Part shown: one piece after another, positions 62,999-64,000 of the stretch
How positions within the stretch are numbered: position 1 is the first letter of the stretch
Layout of the letters: each line of letters begins with the position of its first letter
DNA from: Mobula hypostoma
Lineage: Eukaryota
Length of the DNA stretch: 64,000 bases
Assembly: GCF_963921235.1 (NCBI RefSeq)
Contig: NC_086097.1
Coordinates: 10,850,001 to 10,914,000 of the forward strand
Reading direction: 5' to 3'
The notes under the pieces: generated by a model
What the model saw: only the letters and a program-made list of their open reading frames with translations
What the model was told of the DNA's origin: nothing
Databases searched by the model: none
Made by a program: the position numbers and the translations under genes

Positions 62999-64000
62999 GT
63001 GTTCCTTCAGTTGTCAACGGGTTTTCATGTACTGGAAGGTTAGGGCTTACAAGTTGACCCATCAGAAGTAGTGGCACACTTCTGTAAATCATCAAACTTT
63101 TGTGCAAATCTTCTTGTCCACTTTGCACTTTCTTTATGAGACCCTTCACTACCTTGACCGAACTTTCTGCTAGGCCATTAGATTCTGCATGATGTGGGCT
63201 TGAAGTTATATGTTGAAACCCTCAATCATTGGCAAAGGACTCAAATTAACAGCTCGAAAATTGTTGACCATTGTCTAATACCACTCCACATGGAACTCCA
63301 TGCCTCGCAAACACAGCTTTCGGGACGGTGATGACCACTTTGCTGGATGTTGAGTGCAGTGTTGCAACATCTGGGTAGTTGGAAAAGTAGTCTGTTACAA
63401 CAATGTGACTCTTTCCATTACAAACAAACAAATCCACTCCAACTTTGAAGTATGGCTTGTCTGGTACAGGGTGTGGTGTAAGCGGTTCTGCTTGCTGCTT
63501 TGGTCTGTAGGTAAGACAATCTCATATGAGACAATAGTCTGAATGATGTCTTGGTTCATTCTTGACCAATATGTCACTTCCCAAGCTCTACATTTACATT
63601 TTTCCTCACCATGATGCCCTTTGTGTATCTTCTGGAGCATTTCCTTGCACAGTGACACTGAAATCACAAACCTGTTCCCTTTGAACACTGTATCTTCCAC
63701 TACTAACAGTCCAGCTCTGCCCGCACGCTGATTCTGAATACACATTGGACTGTCATTATCAGCTGCTGGCCATCCTTTTTGTATTGTCTCTTTGAGTACT
63801 TTCATTGTTTCATCCATCCCTGCTGCTGTCCCAATCTCTGGTCAATCAGGAGATACCGGAATGAAGGTGACAATTATGTCAACACAGGCCTGTATACAAG
63901 CATTAATCTTTTGGTCACTCTTTTCTTTCTTGTTGACTGCTCAAGATAGTGCATCAGCAATAAATATAGATTTTCCCAGTGCATAGTGGTTTGGATGTAA

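Larger units (their letters stand above)
60817..64000 (-). mobile_element. Decayed Gypsy/Ty3 LTR retrotransposon (pol end, PPT and 3' LTR), running off the window
   Basis: Integrase Zn-finger IHKGHHGEEKCK..A...YW; core MDLF...VVTDYFS, FARHGVP...DNGQQF; PPT AAAGGGGGAAGA at 61313-61324 next to the LTR start TG at 61312; LTR at about 60817-61312. Confidence 0.85.

Overview
Eukaryotic, repeat-saturated vertebrate DNA (intronic or intergenic). No host protein-coding gene can be supported. The repeat set is CR1 LINEs, V-domain/HE1-like SINEs, abundant Penelope-like termini and Rex1/Babar 3' fragments. This points to a cartilaginous fish, probably a ray (inference). The window holds many degraded CR1, Rex1/Babar, RTE and Penelope-like (GIY-YIG) retroelements, two Tc1 transposons, seven complete solo LTRs with target-site duplications (TSDs), a decayed Gypsy element and several SINE or non-autonomous families, often nested. 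Three features stand out. (1) A Sleeping Beauty-like IR/DR transposon (31226-33690) carries right-end sequence at both termini. (2) Minimal hammerhead-ribozyme motifs occur in the Penelope termini, with compensatory changes in stem II. (3) Several non-autonomous families share tails with local LINEs. Family names come from motif recognition and recall, not database searches. Boundaries without a stated TSD are approximate.
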